A stretch of DNA of 64,000 nucleotides from Mustelus asterias (GCF_964213995.1 NW_027590135.1:1116001-1180000); one strand, 5' to 3'. Shown: positions 50,200 through 63,688, counted from the stretch's first letter. Made by a program: numbers and translations. Notes: a model not told the origin generated them from the sequence alone.

Positions 50200-50745
50200 C
50201 TACCACTGCTGAGCCCGGGGAACTGCAGCGTGACATGTTTACACAGAAAGCCGCCATTGGAAACCCTGAGCTCAGGATTCACAGCCGGGCGGGACGGGAT
50301 TCCCGCTGCCGAAACCCTTCCCCCATCCGGAGCCCCGCCGCGGGCTCAGGATCCGGGCCCGGGGACTGAAGCCACTGGCGGGACATTTGCTGCCGCTCCG
50401 CGCGGTGTCTGATGGGCCTGTGACCGGCAGCTGGGAAAACCAATCGGAAATTGACACATCGCGGTTATCCAATGGCCGCTCTGCGCCCACTGAGTGACAG
50501 TTACTTTATCCAATCGGTGAGCTCCATCCAGCTGAACAGAGGGAACACTGAAAAATGACGCTGACAATTGTAACCAATCACAGTCCGCGCTGATGGAAAC
50601 ACACGCCCCTCCATGTGATTGACATCTTCTTTAGCCAATCGCAACGCAATGACCAACTGTAATGTGCCGCTCCTGCGCCTTTCGCGCAGCGTCACTCCCA
50701 GCCCAGCGTCATTGCGTCATTTAATTTGATGAAACCAATGAGTGA
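50200..50745. promoter_or_regulatory. CpG-island-like promoter with a dense CCAAT array
   Basis: CpG-rich; at least six CCAAT, E2F-like TTTCGCGC, CGTCA repeats, YY1-like GCCGCCATT. Confidence 0.55.
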
Positions 50746-51034
50746 TGAGAGAGGTGGAGGCGGAAAGAATCCTTAAAGTTGAACTGTTCAGATAATTATA
50801 GTTGTACAATTATAATTCGTTGATGGCAGTTAAAGCGGCAAAAGGACTGCGGAAAGTCAGAGGGTGCAAAAAGTGAAACCCGCGGGAATGATAGGAGGAA
50901 ATAAATGAAGAGAACAGTCGACAAAAATGAACGGGGAGGAAAGCAAGCAAGAAGCAGGTGCATTTAGAGAGGGAATTCCAGAGCTGAGACATCGAGAGCT
51001 GAAAGTACGATCATAACTGGTGGAGTGAATCAAG

Positions 51035-51495
51035 ATGCGGAGATGCCGGCGTTGGACTGGGGTAAACACAGTAAGAAGTTTAACAACACCAGGTTAAAGT
51101 CCAACAGGTTTATTTGGTAGCAAAAGCCACACAAGCTTTCGAGGCTCTAAGCCCCTTCTTCAGGTGAGTGGGAATTCTGTTCACAAACAGAACTTATAAA
51201 GACACAGACTCAATTTACATGAATAATGGTTGGAATGCGAATACTTACAACTAATCCAGTCTTTAAGAAACAAAACAATGGGAGTGGAGAGAGCATCAAG
51301 ACAGGCTAAAAAGATGTGTATTGTCTCCAGACAAGACAGCCAGTGAAACTCTGCAGGTCCACGCAACTGTGGGAGTTACAAATAGTGTGACATAAGCCCA
51401 ATATCCCGGTTGAGGCCGTCCTTGTGTGTGCGGAACTTGGCTATCAGTTTCTGCTCAGCGACTCTGCGCTGTCGTGTGTCGCGAAGGCCGCCTTG
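51035..51495 (-). mobile_element. Penelope-like 3' fragment
   Basis: QGGLRDTRQRRVAEQKLIAKFRTHKDGLNRD plus the same terminus as 41736. Confidence 0.9.
51130..51166 (-). ncRNA. Minimal hammerhead ribozyme with alternative stems
   Basis: Minus strand cac-CTGAAGA-a-ggggc(ttaga)gcctc-GAAA-gc-TT-gtg. Confidence 0.82.
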
Positions 51496-52189
51496 AATAA
51501 AATCAGGGATGCTCACGAGGGCAGATTCAGTGGAGCTCAGATATCTCAGAGGATTGTTGGGCTGGAGATGATGAAAGGGAGGAAGAGCTGAGGACATGGA
51601 GGGATTTGGAAACACGGATAAGAAAATTAAAATTGAGACATTGCTGAATCAAGTGTCAGTGGTTGTCACTGAGCACAGGGTTGATGCATTAACGGTATCT
51701 GGAGTAAATTCTGATTTAATGATGAGGAATGAATTAGCAGCTTTCTGGACCCAGCAGCACAATAAATCGGATCAGAAGTGGACTACATGGCCCCTGAAGC
51801 CTGCTGCTCGATTCAATAGGATCATGTTTTAGATTCCAAACCACTGAATCTTTACAATGCAGTAACAGCCCATTTGGCCCATCAAGTCTACACTGCGTTC
51901 TTGAAACAGTGTTCCATCTAATTCCACTCTCCCGCCTCACAGCCCCAGAGACCTGGGCTTGCTTCTGCCCTTTGGTGACTGTACAAATTTTGTACATTCT
52001 CCCCGTGGGTTTCCTCTGGGTGCTCTGGTTCAAAGATGTGCAGGTTCGGTGTATTGGCCATGTTAAATGTTCCTTTAGTTTCCAAAGATGTGTACATTAG
52101 GCACTGAATCGGTGCTGTTTTAACACTTATTTTGAATTTTTTCCCCTGCTTCTTGATGAACTCTTGAATCGAACATGAAAAACTCTATT

Positions 52190-52500
52190 ATAGAATCCCT
52201 ACAGTGCAGAAGGTGGCCATTCGGCCCATTGAGTCTGCACTGATTCTCTGACCTATCCACACAACCTCATATATTTACCCTGTTAATCCTCCTAATCTAA
52301 ACATACTGGGACACATAAGGGGAAATTTAGCATGGTAAATCCGCTTACACTATCAATGGAGTGTGAGGGGAAACCAGAGCACCCGGAGGAAAGCCATGTG
52401 GACACAGAGAAAATGTGGAAAATACGTACAGTCACCCAAGGCCTGAATTGAACCTGGGTCCCTGTCATTCCGCAGCAGCAGTGCGAACCATTGTGCCACC
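52190..52500 (-). mobile_element. Degenerate HE1-like SINE
   Basis: TAGAATCCCTACAGTGCAGAAGG tail through CCATTGTGCCACC head. Confidence 0.8.
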
Positions 52501-52513
52501 CTTCTTTCTCTTC

Positions 52514-53740
52514 CATAAGACCATAAGACACAGGAGCAGTATTAGGCCACTTGGCCCATCTGCTCCACCATTCAAACATATATTTTTCTCATCCCATTCT
52601 CCTGTCTTTTCCCCATAACACCTGATCCCCTTATTAATCAAGAATCTATCTCTGTATTAAAAACATTCAATGACCGAGCCTCCACAGCCTTCTGCGGCAT
52701 AGATTCACCGCTCTCTGGCTGAAGAAATTTCTCCTCATCTCTGTTTTAAAGGATCGTCCCTTTAGTCTGAGGTTTTGCCCTCTGGTACTAGTTATTCCTA
52801 CTAGTATATATTTTGTCACCAGCTTCCTACTGGTGGAAACATCCTCATAGAAGAATCATAGAAACCCTACAGTGCAGAAGGAGGCCATTCGGCCCATCCA
52901 GTCTGCACCGACCACAATCCCACCCAGGCCCTACCCCCACATATTTACCCGCTAATCCCTCTAACCTACGCATTTTTTTAGGATTTCAAGGGGCAATTTT
53001 TTTTTTAACCTGGCCAATCAACCTAACCCACACATCTTTGGACTGTGGGAGGAAACCGGAGCACCCGGAGGAAACCCACGCAGACACGAGGAGAACGTGC
53101 AAACTTCACACAGACAGTGACCCGAGCTGGGAATCGAACCCGGGACCCTGGAGCTGTGAAGCAGCAGTGCTAACCACTGCGCTACCATGCCGTCATGTCC
53201 ACGTCCATTCTAGCCAGGCTTCGCAGTATCCTGTAAGTTTCAATAAGATCATCCTTCTAAACTCCAACGTGAACACTCCCAGAGTCCTCAACCATTCTTC
53301 ATACAACATGCTCTTCATTCCATGGATCATTCTTGTGAACCTCCTCTGGACCCTTTCCATGGCCAGCACATCTTTCCTTAGATATGGGGCCCAAACTGCT
53401 CGCAATACTCCAAACGAGATCTGATCAGAGCCTTTGCCAGCCTCAGAAGTACATCTGTGCTCTTGTATTCTAGCCCTCTCGACATTGCATTTGCCTTCCT
53501 AACTGCCGACTGAACTTGTACGTTAACCTGAAGAGACTCTTGAACAATGACTCCCAAGTCCCTTTGTTCTTCTGATTTTCTAAGCATTTCACAATTTAGA
53601 AAGTAGTCTATATCTCCATTCCTCCTTCCAAAGTGCATAACTTCACAGTTTTCCACATTGTATTCCATCTGCCACTTCTCTGCCCACTCTCCAGACCTGT
53701 CCAAGCCCTTCTGCAGCACACCTGCTTCCTCAATGCTACC
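52514..53740 (-). mobile_element. CR1 LINE 3' part with nested HE1 SINE (52845-53192)
   Basis: Tail CATAAGACCATAAGAC; ORFs 53193-53405 and 53378-53719; SINE reverse-complementary to 251-580. Confidence 0.9.
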
Positions 53741-54694
53741 TGTCCCTCTTCAGGTCCGCTCAGACTCCTTTCCCAAAAGAAAAATACCCAAGCTCTCAAT
53801 TCTATCTTCATAGCTACAAATCTTTATCAATAGAATCATTCATGTGAATATCCTTTGCACTGTCTCCAATGCCTTCGCAACCTTCTTCAAGTATGGTGTC
53901 CAGAACTGGATGCAGTGCTCCAGGTGAGGCCTATCTCGTGTATTTAAAAGCTCAACATGACCTTCTTACTCATGTATTCAATCCTCCAATAAAACATAGG
54001 ATGCCATTTGCTGTATTACTTGCTCTCTCAACATGCCCAACCACCTTCAATGACCTTTGTACTTAGAAACTGAGATCCCTCTGTTCCTGACTTTCCTTAA
54101 GAGTTTCTCCCTTTATTTCTCCACACTCTCAAAATGAATCAACTCACACTTCTCTGCATTGAACTTCATCTAGTTAGGTGCATTGACCCGAACAGGCGCC
54201 GGAGTGTGGCGACTAGGGGAATTTCACAGTAACTTCATTGCAGTGTTAATGTAAGCCTTACTTGTGACTAATAAACTTTACTTTAACTTTACTTTACTTT
54301 TACACTCGTCTGCCCAGAGGACAGCAATGGAATCATTCACTCAACGTCTATACATTCTTCTGAACTCCAGGGTCTCTCAGCCTAATTCACTCAGCCTCTC
54401 ATCATAGAACAACTTCCTCATTCTGGGGGGCAATCTAGTGAACCTGGTCTGTACTGCCTCCAACTCAAGTTCTATTCTTTCTCAAATGTGGAGACAATAG
54501 CTGTACACAGTATTGCAGATGTGGTCTCCATAAAATCCTGTACAATTGCAGCAAGACATCTTTCTTCATCTACTCCAATCCACTTGCAATAAAAACAAAC
54601 ATGCCATTTGCTTTTCTAATTGCTTTAATGGATAATCCCGATTGTGCTCCGAATTCTCTTCAGCATTTTAAAATCCGTCACATTTCAACCTCTC

Positions 54695-54810
54695 TTCAGC
54701 TCTGAAGAAGAGTCCAGCAGACTCGAATTATTAACTCTGTTTCTCTCTCGATAGATGTCGCCAGACCTGCTGAAGTTTCTAGCATTTTCTGTTTTTATTT
54801 CAGATTTCGT
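54695..54810 (+). mobile_element. Second Penelope-related terminus with degenerate hammerhead
   Basis: agct-CTGAAGA-a-gagtc(cagca)gactc-GAA.. followed by sequence shared with the arms of 38018-38250; related remnants at ~12750, ~14590, ~55505-55650. Confidence 0.65.
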
Positions 54811-56128
54811 CCCTCTGCCATCCTCACATCCTTTTCGACACATATTTGGTTTTTTTTTAACTTCGTTAGACTTCTGATTCCCCAACAACTCTCTTGCCAT
54901 TTAATCATTGCTGCACTTCTCCTTGTTTAGAAATGACAAGAGAACAGTTCCCACTCGATTCAGTGATGAGTGATGAATGAGAAGTTGTGACAGAAAATGA
55001 ACATCTCCGCCTTCTCCCTGTAACCCTGCACATTCTTCCTTTTCAGATAACAGTCTAATTCCTTTGGAACGTTTCAATTGAATCTGCCTCCGCCACATTC
55101 TCCGGCAGTGAATTCCACACATTAAACACTCACTGTGTGAAAAATGTTTTCCTCGTGTTCCTATTCCTTCCTTTGCTCATGATGTTCAATCTGTTCTCTC
55201 TCATTCTTCATCATTCCATGAGTGGGAACAGTTTGTCCCTATTCACGCTGTCCAGACGTCTCATGACATTTAATACCTATAAGTGGAACCCCTGATGGGG
55301 TGGTAAGATTGTTAAACCAGTGGACATTAAGGCACTGATAAAACTCGCATTCACTTAAATGACTTTTAAATACGTTTATGAACAAGAAGCAATGTGAGAT
55401 GCAGTAATTGATTCAAATGAGTAATTATGATTGTAAAACACATATGCTGATATTTTGAATGGATTATTATTGACTTTGAGGAAGTTACCAATTGGCAGTA
55501 AACCAGTCCAGATGACACTTTGTCAAAGGGTCATCTGGACTCGAAATATTAGCTCATTTCACTCCTTACAGATGCTGCCAGACCGGCAGAGATTTTCCAA
55601 CATTTTCTCTTTTGGTTTCAGATGACAGCATCCGCAGTAATTTGGTGTTATTTTAGAGTTGTACTATTGCACCTCATTTAGAGTTGTTGGACTGAGAAAC
55701 CTCACTAATGAAATGGATTAGATACTTTGGAACTGTTTCCCTTTTACTTTTCATTGTCTCTCTATAATCTTCCTACCAGAATGAATCACTTCACAATTCT
55801 CAGCTTTGAATTTCATCTGTAACTTGTCCACTCATTCCGTCAACTTGTCTAGATCCTTTTTTGAAGTTTTACACTCCCCTCCTCACAGTTCACAATGCTT
55901 CCAAGTTTCACATTATCCACAAATTCTGAAATTGTGCCCTGTGCACCATTACCTCGGTCAGTAATATATCCTGGCGCATGTTCACAGTATCTACAGCTTG
56001 TGTGCATAGCAAACTGGTTTGAGGCTTATAACAGGGAAGACGAGCCGATGCAAATACCTGCCTGCATATTCCACGTAAATGTTGCAGAATTGTCGTTAAG
56101 TGAGTTTGTTATCATTGTTGATAGGAAG

Positions 56129-56200
56129 TAGCAGAGAATGGTTTCAACCCATCGACCTCTGAGCTATGGGCCCAGCACCCTTCCCCTGCGCTACTCTGCT
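56129..56200 (-). pseudogene. Initiator tRNA-Met(CAT), full length but diverged
   Basis: Reverse complement AGCAGAGTAGCGCAGGGGAAGGGTGCTGGGCCCATAGCTCAGAGGTCGATGGGTTGAAACCATTCTCTGCTA; substitutions in D-arm and T-loop. Confidence 0.82.
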
Positions 56201-58129
56201 ACAGAAAGCCAGCACTCATTGCCAATCCCTAACTGAACTTAAGAAGATGGTGGTTCGCTGCTTTCATCAACTGCTGCACTCCCTTGGTGTCGGTACAGCC
56301 ACAGTGCTGTTAGCCTAACAGTCTTTCAGGATTTTGCCACTGCGACAGTGAAGAAGCTATGATGTATTTCCAAGTCAGGACGTTGAGTGGCTTGGAGCGG
56401 GGTGGGAGGGAAGGGGGGTGTTTGCAATGCTGGTGCTCCCATGTATCTGCTGCCGCTGTCCTTCGAGACGGTAGAGCTGGTGGCTTTGTGGGTGCAGCCT
56501 AAGAAGAGTAGATGAAGAAATATTGCTCCCATTGCCAGAGGAAATAAGGATGGTTTTTAATGCGCTGAGTGTTTCGGACCTGGAATGCGCTGCCTGAGAG
56601 GGTGGCAGAGGCAGCATCAAATCAGGGCTGTCAAAGGGGAATGGGATCAGCACCTGAAGTGAAAGGATTTGCAGGGTTCTGAGACAAGGACTGGGAAAGG
56701 CATGAGCTGAGTTGTTCTTGCACAGACCAGCACACAGACAAAGGGCCGAATGGTCTCCCTCTCTCTGTTGTATCCATTCTAAGATTCTATGGGTAGGAGT
56801 GTTGGACTCTTTCTGTATTGCTCTGTATCTGGTGTGACAAATGTGTGTGATATTCATTATAAATCTATCTGAGAGACTTCGAAAATCTGTACACATTCTA
56901 CATGGAAGATACCTAATTGAAACCGGGCCATTTGTTGTAATTAGTACATGATTTCACACGATCCTCTACTCAAAATCTTCAATGTAACATCATCTGCTTA
57001 TCTCTGAAATTCATTCTCCATCGTCTCATTTCCGAGATTTCCCTTTAGTTCATCGATGCTAGTCGACTCAACTGCTCCAGGTAATAGAAAACTCCAAGTT
57101 ATACTGACTACATGGGAAAGTACATTAATATTGATTTCTCTATGGGATTTAATACTGACATCCAATCATTAATTCCTGTTTGATCTGTCTCTGCAACAGC
57201 GACAGTTAATGTGCGTTTTTCCGCTGTACTGCGATTCTGTATTGCGGCCAGTGGATGTCAGCACACTCTGGTAGACTGAAGTTTAGATACAACAGACAAG
57301 AATTTTTCACATTATATTGAACCTGGACGGAGGAATTTAGAAATACTAAATCTGTTGACCATATCATTTTGAAATCTACCAGTACGCTGCTTCCCTCTGT
57401 ATTCATCATTTAAATCCTGATACATCAGCAAGGCGAGGCTTTTTAAGTGAAAGTATCAGTGCCGGGAGGCATTTTATTTTGAACCAAGTGGCATTTTGAA
57501 TCATTGTTGTTTAGCATCGTTAGAATTTCATAAAGCAACAGTTTAACTATTAGTACAAATCTATTAAAGCATATATTACACAAAGTTTTACCCTATTTAT
57601 GATTGGGGACGGTATATAGAGAGAAACTTGCTTTCCTTGCTATATATTACTGACCTATATCTGGGTGCACAGGTTTCAATCTCAAAATTTGCCAGTGGTG
57701 CAAAACTTGAAAATATTATGAACTTTAGTGAGGAGGATATTGATAATCTTCAAGAATATATAGACAAGCTGGTGGAATGAGTAGACACGTGACAGATGCA
57801 TTTTAATTAATGTAAGGAAGTGTGAAGTGATACATTTTGGTCCGAAGATCGAGGAGAGGTGAAATAAAATAAAGGGTTCACCTTTACCCTTCCTAATCCC
57901 TATTGGACCTTTACCGTGCGAAGATTCCACAGTCTATTTACCCATTTCAGAACCCATTCAATATCCAGCCTGCAGTCTGCATTGCACCTTCGACTTGTAC
58001 AGTGATCATTAAACATTTAGCACTCCCACTTTCCTATGTACCTTCACCTTGCAATGTCTCCCTGCTCCGTCTCACAAGCCAGTCAACTTCTCACCTCCAC
58101 TTTGTCCATTGCCCATGGTAGGCTTATCC

Positions 58130-58285
58130 TGATGTCGAGATGCCGGCGTTGGACTAGGGTAAACACAGTAAGAAGTCTCACAACACCAGGTTAAAGTCCA
58201 ACAGGTTTATTTGGTAGCACAAGCCACCAGCTTTCGGAGCGCTGCCCCTTCATCAGTTAAGTGGGAGTTCTGTTCACAAACAGGG
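58130..58285 (-). mobile_element. Penelope terminal fragment with TSD and degenerate hammerhead
   Basis: TSD TTATCCTG (58124-58131 / 58286-58293); CTGATGA-aggggcagcgctcc-GAAA-gctg on the minus strand. Confidence 0.85.
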
Positions 58286-59227
58286 TTATCCTGCCCAGTC
58301 CCCAATGTGTTTCACTTTGTTCAGTTGTATTGCCCAGATTGCATAATGTTCCAACTTTTCTATTCTCCATTAATAATACATGAATAAACAGAACCATCCC
58401 TTGATTAAACACTGTCACCTTTCAATGTTTAGCGGGTGAGTTTCATGACGTGCTGTGTGTGATTTCCGCCTTCATGCTCCGGTACAAATTTAGTCAAAGG
58501 AAAGTTATCCAAATGTATCCTCATTTCCCCTTCTCATTCACAAAGAACTGAGCGGGTGATGGATACAGTTTCAATAGTCGCTTTAAAAGATAGAGAATGG
58601 ATTTACAAATTTAAAATCCAAGGGTGACATCACTGCCTGAAGTGGTTTTCAGGCTGTGGCGACTAGAATAACAATGCAGATGAACAATCTGAATTGTTCA
58701 AAATCATAGAATGGAGCATCCATTGTGGATGAAGGGAAACTTTAAACTGTGCAGCTGTGCTGTGCTTCAGAATCTTGTTTTACAGAAATCTCCATTAATC
58801 AAAAGTTGTGCCTCAGCTACTGAGCATTTCCAGCATTTTCTGTTTGTGTTTCAGATTTCCAGATTCCAGCTTTGTGTTGTGTTCTGTGCAGGTGTTTAAC
58901 TGGAGCAGGGAACGGGTTCTGATCAGCCCTGTGACAGGTAGAGTAGAATGTGTCTCCCGACTATCAAGCCTGCGAGATTTGACTCCAAGCTGTACAGGAG
59001 AATAAGAAAGAGAGAGAGGGAGGATCATTCTGTGATGGACAGATTTCCTGTATAGAGGACAAAAACAGCTGCTTCAACAGACACAACATGTCTCAACATG
59101 ACTCGCAATCAATAAAGTCGCTCTTAACAGTCCTTGACATTTGAACTATGAGATTGTTGAACTGACCAATAGTTTCCACATTGTCAAAAATCCATATATG
59201 GACAAGTAAAGTGAACTTCCAGCACAC

Positions 59228-59318
59228 GGCTCTGTGACTCAATGGATAGCACGTTGGACCTCGAAATAATGGCAAGTCAGCCATTCAAAGGTTATGGGAT
59301 TGAGAGCCAACAGATTCG
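59228..59318 (+). pseudogene. Intron-containing tRNA-Arg (TCT family) pseudogene
   Basis: GGCTCTGTGACTCAATGGATAGC...TTGGACCTCGA-[~18 nt]-ATTCAAAGGTT...CAGATTCG, the layout of vertebrate tRNA-Arg(TCT); B-box destroyed. Confidence 0.7.
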
Positions 59319-59914
59319 GATTTTGGATCAGGTTAGTAGCAAACTGTTTGCTGCTTCATTGATGTGATTCAGCATCGGCACCGACATTTCCTGCTCTGCC
59401 ATCTCTCCATGCTGCTTCTGTTTACTCGGCTCCCAGGGAAACCACTGACTCGAAAATAAATCGCAAGTCCCAGGGCCTTTCTTAAAGTTCGACACAACAT
59501 TCGCTGGTTGGGTTATAAATAGTAACATGTTTTCAATTAGATATTTCGCTTTTTTGGAAGATAAAGATTTTAAAGAACACACACACACAACAACAACTTA
59601 TAAATAACTACAATCAATAAATAAATATCAGTGCCCTGAAACCTGGTGGTGTTAGTCTGATGTGTCTGCTGCGCTTGTACTTCTAGGCTGTAGTGGTCGT
59701 GGGTTTGGAAGGTGCTGGCAAAGGAGTCTTGCTGAGTTGCTGCAGTGCATCTTGTCTATGGTGCACACTGCTGCCATTGTGTGTCGGTTGTGGAGGGAGT
59801 GAATTTTTATGCATGGGAAGCGAATGAAGTGGGATGCTTTGTCCTGGATGGTGCCAAGCTTTTGAAGTGCTGTTCAACCTGCAGTCATCCAGGCAAGTAA
59901 TCTCAGGAAACCAG

Positions 59915-60125
59915 ATGCTCCGGTTTCCTCCCACAGTCCAAAGGTGAGCAGGTTGGGTGGACTGGTCATGCTCGATTGCCCCTTGGTCCCCAAGGTGTTC
60001 GTATTAGCAGAGTGGGTGTGTGGTGCAGCAGGGATAGGTCCTGTGTGCGATTCTCTGTCGGAGAGTCAGGACAGACTCGATGGGCAGAATGGTCTCCTTC
60101 AGCACTGTCGGGATTGTGTGATTCT
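59915..60125 (+). mobile_element. 5'-truncated HE1-like SINE
   Basis: GCTCCGGTTTCCTCCCACAGTCCAAAG...GACTCGATGGGCAGAATGG. Confidence 0.75.
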
Positions 60126-60294
60126 AAGGCCATTTGACTGTGTTAGAAATTCCCTGAGAAAAAAATGGAAAACTGTGTTTGTAGAATTTACAGCATTGGG
60201 TTTATTGCAGATTAAATGTTTTTTACTGCAAGATGATAAAAATACTTAGATATTGTAACTTGCGCTGTTGCAAATATCACTGGAATGGAATATA

Positions 60295-60370
60295 AGGCCC
60301 TGCTGGGATTTGAACCAAGGATCTAGTCTTTTTAGGAGGCAGGCATTTTAACCAACTAAGTCACAGAACC
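60295..60370 (-). pseudogene. tRNA-Thr (AGT/CGT family) pseudogene
   Basis: Reverse complement GGTTCTGTGACTTAGTTGGTTAAAATGCCTG...AGATCCTTGGTTCAAATCCCAGCAGGGCCT. Confidence 0.75.
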
Positions 60371-61202
60371 TGATACTGCTGCTTCTGCCACAGCGGAATA
60401 CTGCAAATACATGCCAGACCTGGTGGCATTTGTGAAAAAAGCGAAACCACCAGATCTGGAACGTATCTGTGAAAATAGAGAAAGTTCACATTTCAGATGC
60501 AGACCTTTCACGGGAATGACCGGTTCTCTCTCCACAGATCGATTCATGAAAGAAAAATAACTGAATCCCACAGTGGCCCATCAAGACTGCACCGATTTCC
60601 CTGGAAACCTTTCAAATCCGCCTTTCCCCGACACCCGCCCACCAGGGTCTCAGGGGAGGTGCTCCTCAGGAATTCACAAAAGAAAGCACATCAGACGGAA
60701 TCACACACATCACTCTTCCACTCAACATTGAGCGGTTTATCGTGAGCTTGGTTCCACTGACTGTTTTCAGACACACATCTGGTATAAAAGTAGCCGTGTT
60801 CAGGATGTGATTCACACACAGTTTTCTGCTCTGAAGGCAGATGTGCTCCTTCTGTGGCACGAGGTGATTTTTAAAAAAGTACTTTATTCATACGGGATAT
60901 GTGTGCCGCTGGCGCGAGAAGCATTTATTGTCCAAATTAATTATCTTTGAGTAATTGGCGATGAATTCAGACTTGAGCCACTGCAATCCATGTGTTGTAT
61001 GTGCACATATACTCCTGTTAGGGAGGGAGTTCCAGGATTGTGAGCCAGCCATGGGAACGGCGATATGTTTCCGAGTCAGGATGATGTGCGTCTCGGAGTG
61101 TAACTTACAGGTGGTCGTTGTTTCTCAGCATCTGCTGCTCTTGTGCTGCCAGGTGAGAAATTTCTTGGGTTTGGATGGTGCCTCGCGAAGGAAATAAATC
61201 AC

Positions 61203-61285
61203 TGTCAGAAGTGGGATGGGAACTCACAACACCAGGGAAGACTGCAACCTGTACGCAGCACCTTAGACCGCCCGACCATCCTGAC
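61203..61285 (-). pseudogene. tRNA-Leu(CAG) pseudogene
   Basis: Reverse complement GTCAGGATGGTCGGGCGGTCTAAGGTGCTGCGTACAGGTTGCAGTC...CCCACTTCTGACA; T-loop lost. Confidence 0.82.
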
Positions 61286-61945
61286 TACATTGACAAAACC
61301 TCTGCACAAACTGATTTGAATTCCATCTTCATTGCCATTACATTTAAAACTCGATGTGTTTTTTTTCCATTTTTGAACCCCAGCCTGTATCTGAGTTCCA
61401 TCCTTCCCCAAGCTGAGGAGCTTCTCATTGCTGCATTGCTCTGTTTGCTCAAATTAACAAAGACCCAATCCCCGCCCCACCTGTTCCTTACACTGAGCTG
61501 TTGAGATTGTAAGATCTGAGCAACGTGAAGTATCCAATAGGAGAGTTACATCCTGGCGACAGGAATATCTCTCCGCAGCAGCTTTCGGAGCTGCTGAATA
61601 TTTCCAGCATTTCCTCTTTCTGATTTTGTGCATTTATTACAGGAGTTCATTTACTGACAACACAAAACTTGTCTCTTGGACGCAGCACATAACACAGGTT
61701 TTCTGTGATCTTCTCACAGACAAGTTCACTCTTCACTTTCCAATACACATGCTTTAAAATCGGCTGTTTCACACTCAGCACCCTGCGGCATTGCCTTCAA
61801 ACCTCACCCCACCCTCCACCCGACCACCAGGGTCTCAGAAGTACAAATGCTTCTCAGGAATTCACAAAAGCAAGGGGATCACAGTGTTTGTGAGGGAATA
61901 TAAAGGGTTAATCCACACTCACAAACAGACTGATTATGTGAGAAC

Positions 61946-61978
<33 letters not shown>

Positions 61979-62499
61979 ACACACACCACCACCACGGCAA
62001 GTGGTGAAATTTAATAAAAATGAAATTCAATAAAAACATCTGGAATTAAAAGTCTAATTACCATGAATCAATTGTCTTAAAAGCACACAACTGCTTCAGT
62101 AATGTCCCTTCAGGAATGAATTTTTACCTGGTTTGGACCTGAATGTGCCCCCCGACCCTCAGCAACTTTGGTGACTCTAAGCTGCCCTCTGCGGTGACCT
62201 ATCAAGCCGCTCAGTTCAAGGGCAATTTGGCATGGGCAATAATTACGGGCCCAGCCAGCGACACCCACATCCCAGGAATGAATAAACAAAATAAATCGGT
62301 GATTCACAATGAGGGGATACAGAAAGTCAGTTGCAGTATCAAAGATTGACAGATACAGAATTAATTTACAAACTATGTTTCAGTTCCGGAAGCTGACAGT
62401 CAGAACAAGTCACTTCTCCAGGCACAGTTCAACTGATCAAATCAGAAAGATCCCAATCCTCATTGAGCAGCAGATAATGCAAAGCGCAGTCTGAATACA

Positions 62500-62985
62500 G
62501 ACGGATGCACCTGAGAAAGCATTCCTTCTGGTTGCCTCACAGCTTGGTCTGGCTCCTGCTCTGTCCAAGACCGCAAAAAATCTACAAAGTGTCATAAACA
62601 AAGCCAGTGCATCACGCAAGCCAGCCTCCCATCCATTGACACTTCCCACTGCCTTGGAAAAGCAGCCAGTTTAATCAAGCAGCGACACATCCTGGACATA
62701 TTCTTTTCCACCGGCTTCCGTCGAGAAAAAGGTACAAAAGTCTGAGGACAGGCACTAACCAACTAAAGAGCAGCTTCTTCCCTGCTGCCATCAGAATTTT
62801 GATTGGACCTATCTCGTATTAATTTGATCTTTCTCTACAAGTTGCTATGACTGTACTCTCTCTGTGCACTCTCTCTTTTCCTTCTCTATGTATGGTATGC
62901 TTCGTCTGCATAGCATGCAAGAAACAATACTTTTCACTGTGTACTAATGCATGTGACAATAATAAATCAAATCAAATAAAATCAA
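62500..62985 (+). mobile_element. Rex1/Babar-like LINE 3' fragment
   Basis: HPGH.LF..LPS..RY.S....T..LKSSFFPAAIR motif, tail AATAAATCAAATCAAAT; related tail piece at ~5040-5135. Confidence 0.75.
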
Positions 62986-63688
62986 AGAGTATGACACAGA
63001 TATAAAGGTAAAGTCGCTGTAGTCGCAAATGACCAGAGGCTGCTCATCCTCTCAAAGGGGAGAGCTTACTGGTGGTGATTTAGCCTAAGGATTACCACAC
63101 CTCAGGCGAGGGGCAAGGTTGAGAATATCTGATGTGCTATCTAATAGCACATCTGCATTTTCTTTGCAATAAATTTGCATCAACGCCTTGATTTCGTTTT
63201 AGATCCGAGGATACTGTGCGGTTCTCACAGGCTGTCCTGTCACCTTCAATTATTTAAACACATGTTCACACGTTTCCCGCTGTTCCTGCACCCACTTTTG
63301 GCATTACACGCTTCATTTTATATTGACACTCCGGTCTTCCCACCAAAACGCGTCACCTCATTCTCCATCTGCCACATGTCATCCCTTTCCACCAAGCTGT
63401 CTGTGTCCATTTCGAGTTTTTTTCTGTAACTCTTTTCACACCCACAGGACGCCCCAAAATATTTCACTGACAACAAAGTATTTTTGAAATATAGTCAATG
63501 TCCCAATGCTGAACTTTTGATGTGTCTGTTCGACAACGTCAGAAATTCCCATATGGGGATGGGAAATAACTGATGTAGGTGTGGCTCTGTGACGCAACGG
63601 AGAGCGTCTCATTGTTTGGTAAAACATTCAACGGTAAAGCTTGAGGGAATCAGCTATTAATAAGCTGCTAAGTGAGCTGGTGGGTACA

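Noticed and set aside
63583-63640. Additional tRNA gene (GGCTCTGTGACGCAACGG...)
   Set aside because: Only the 5' part resembles tRNA-Arg/Trp; too degenerate to call as a feature.
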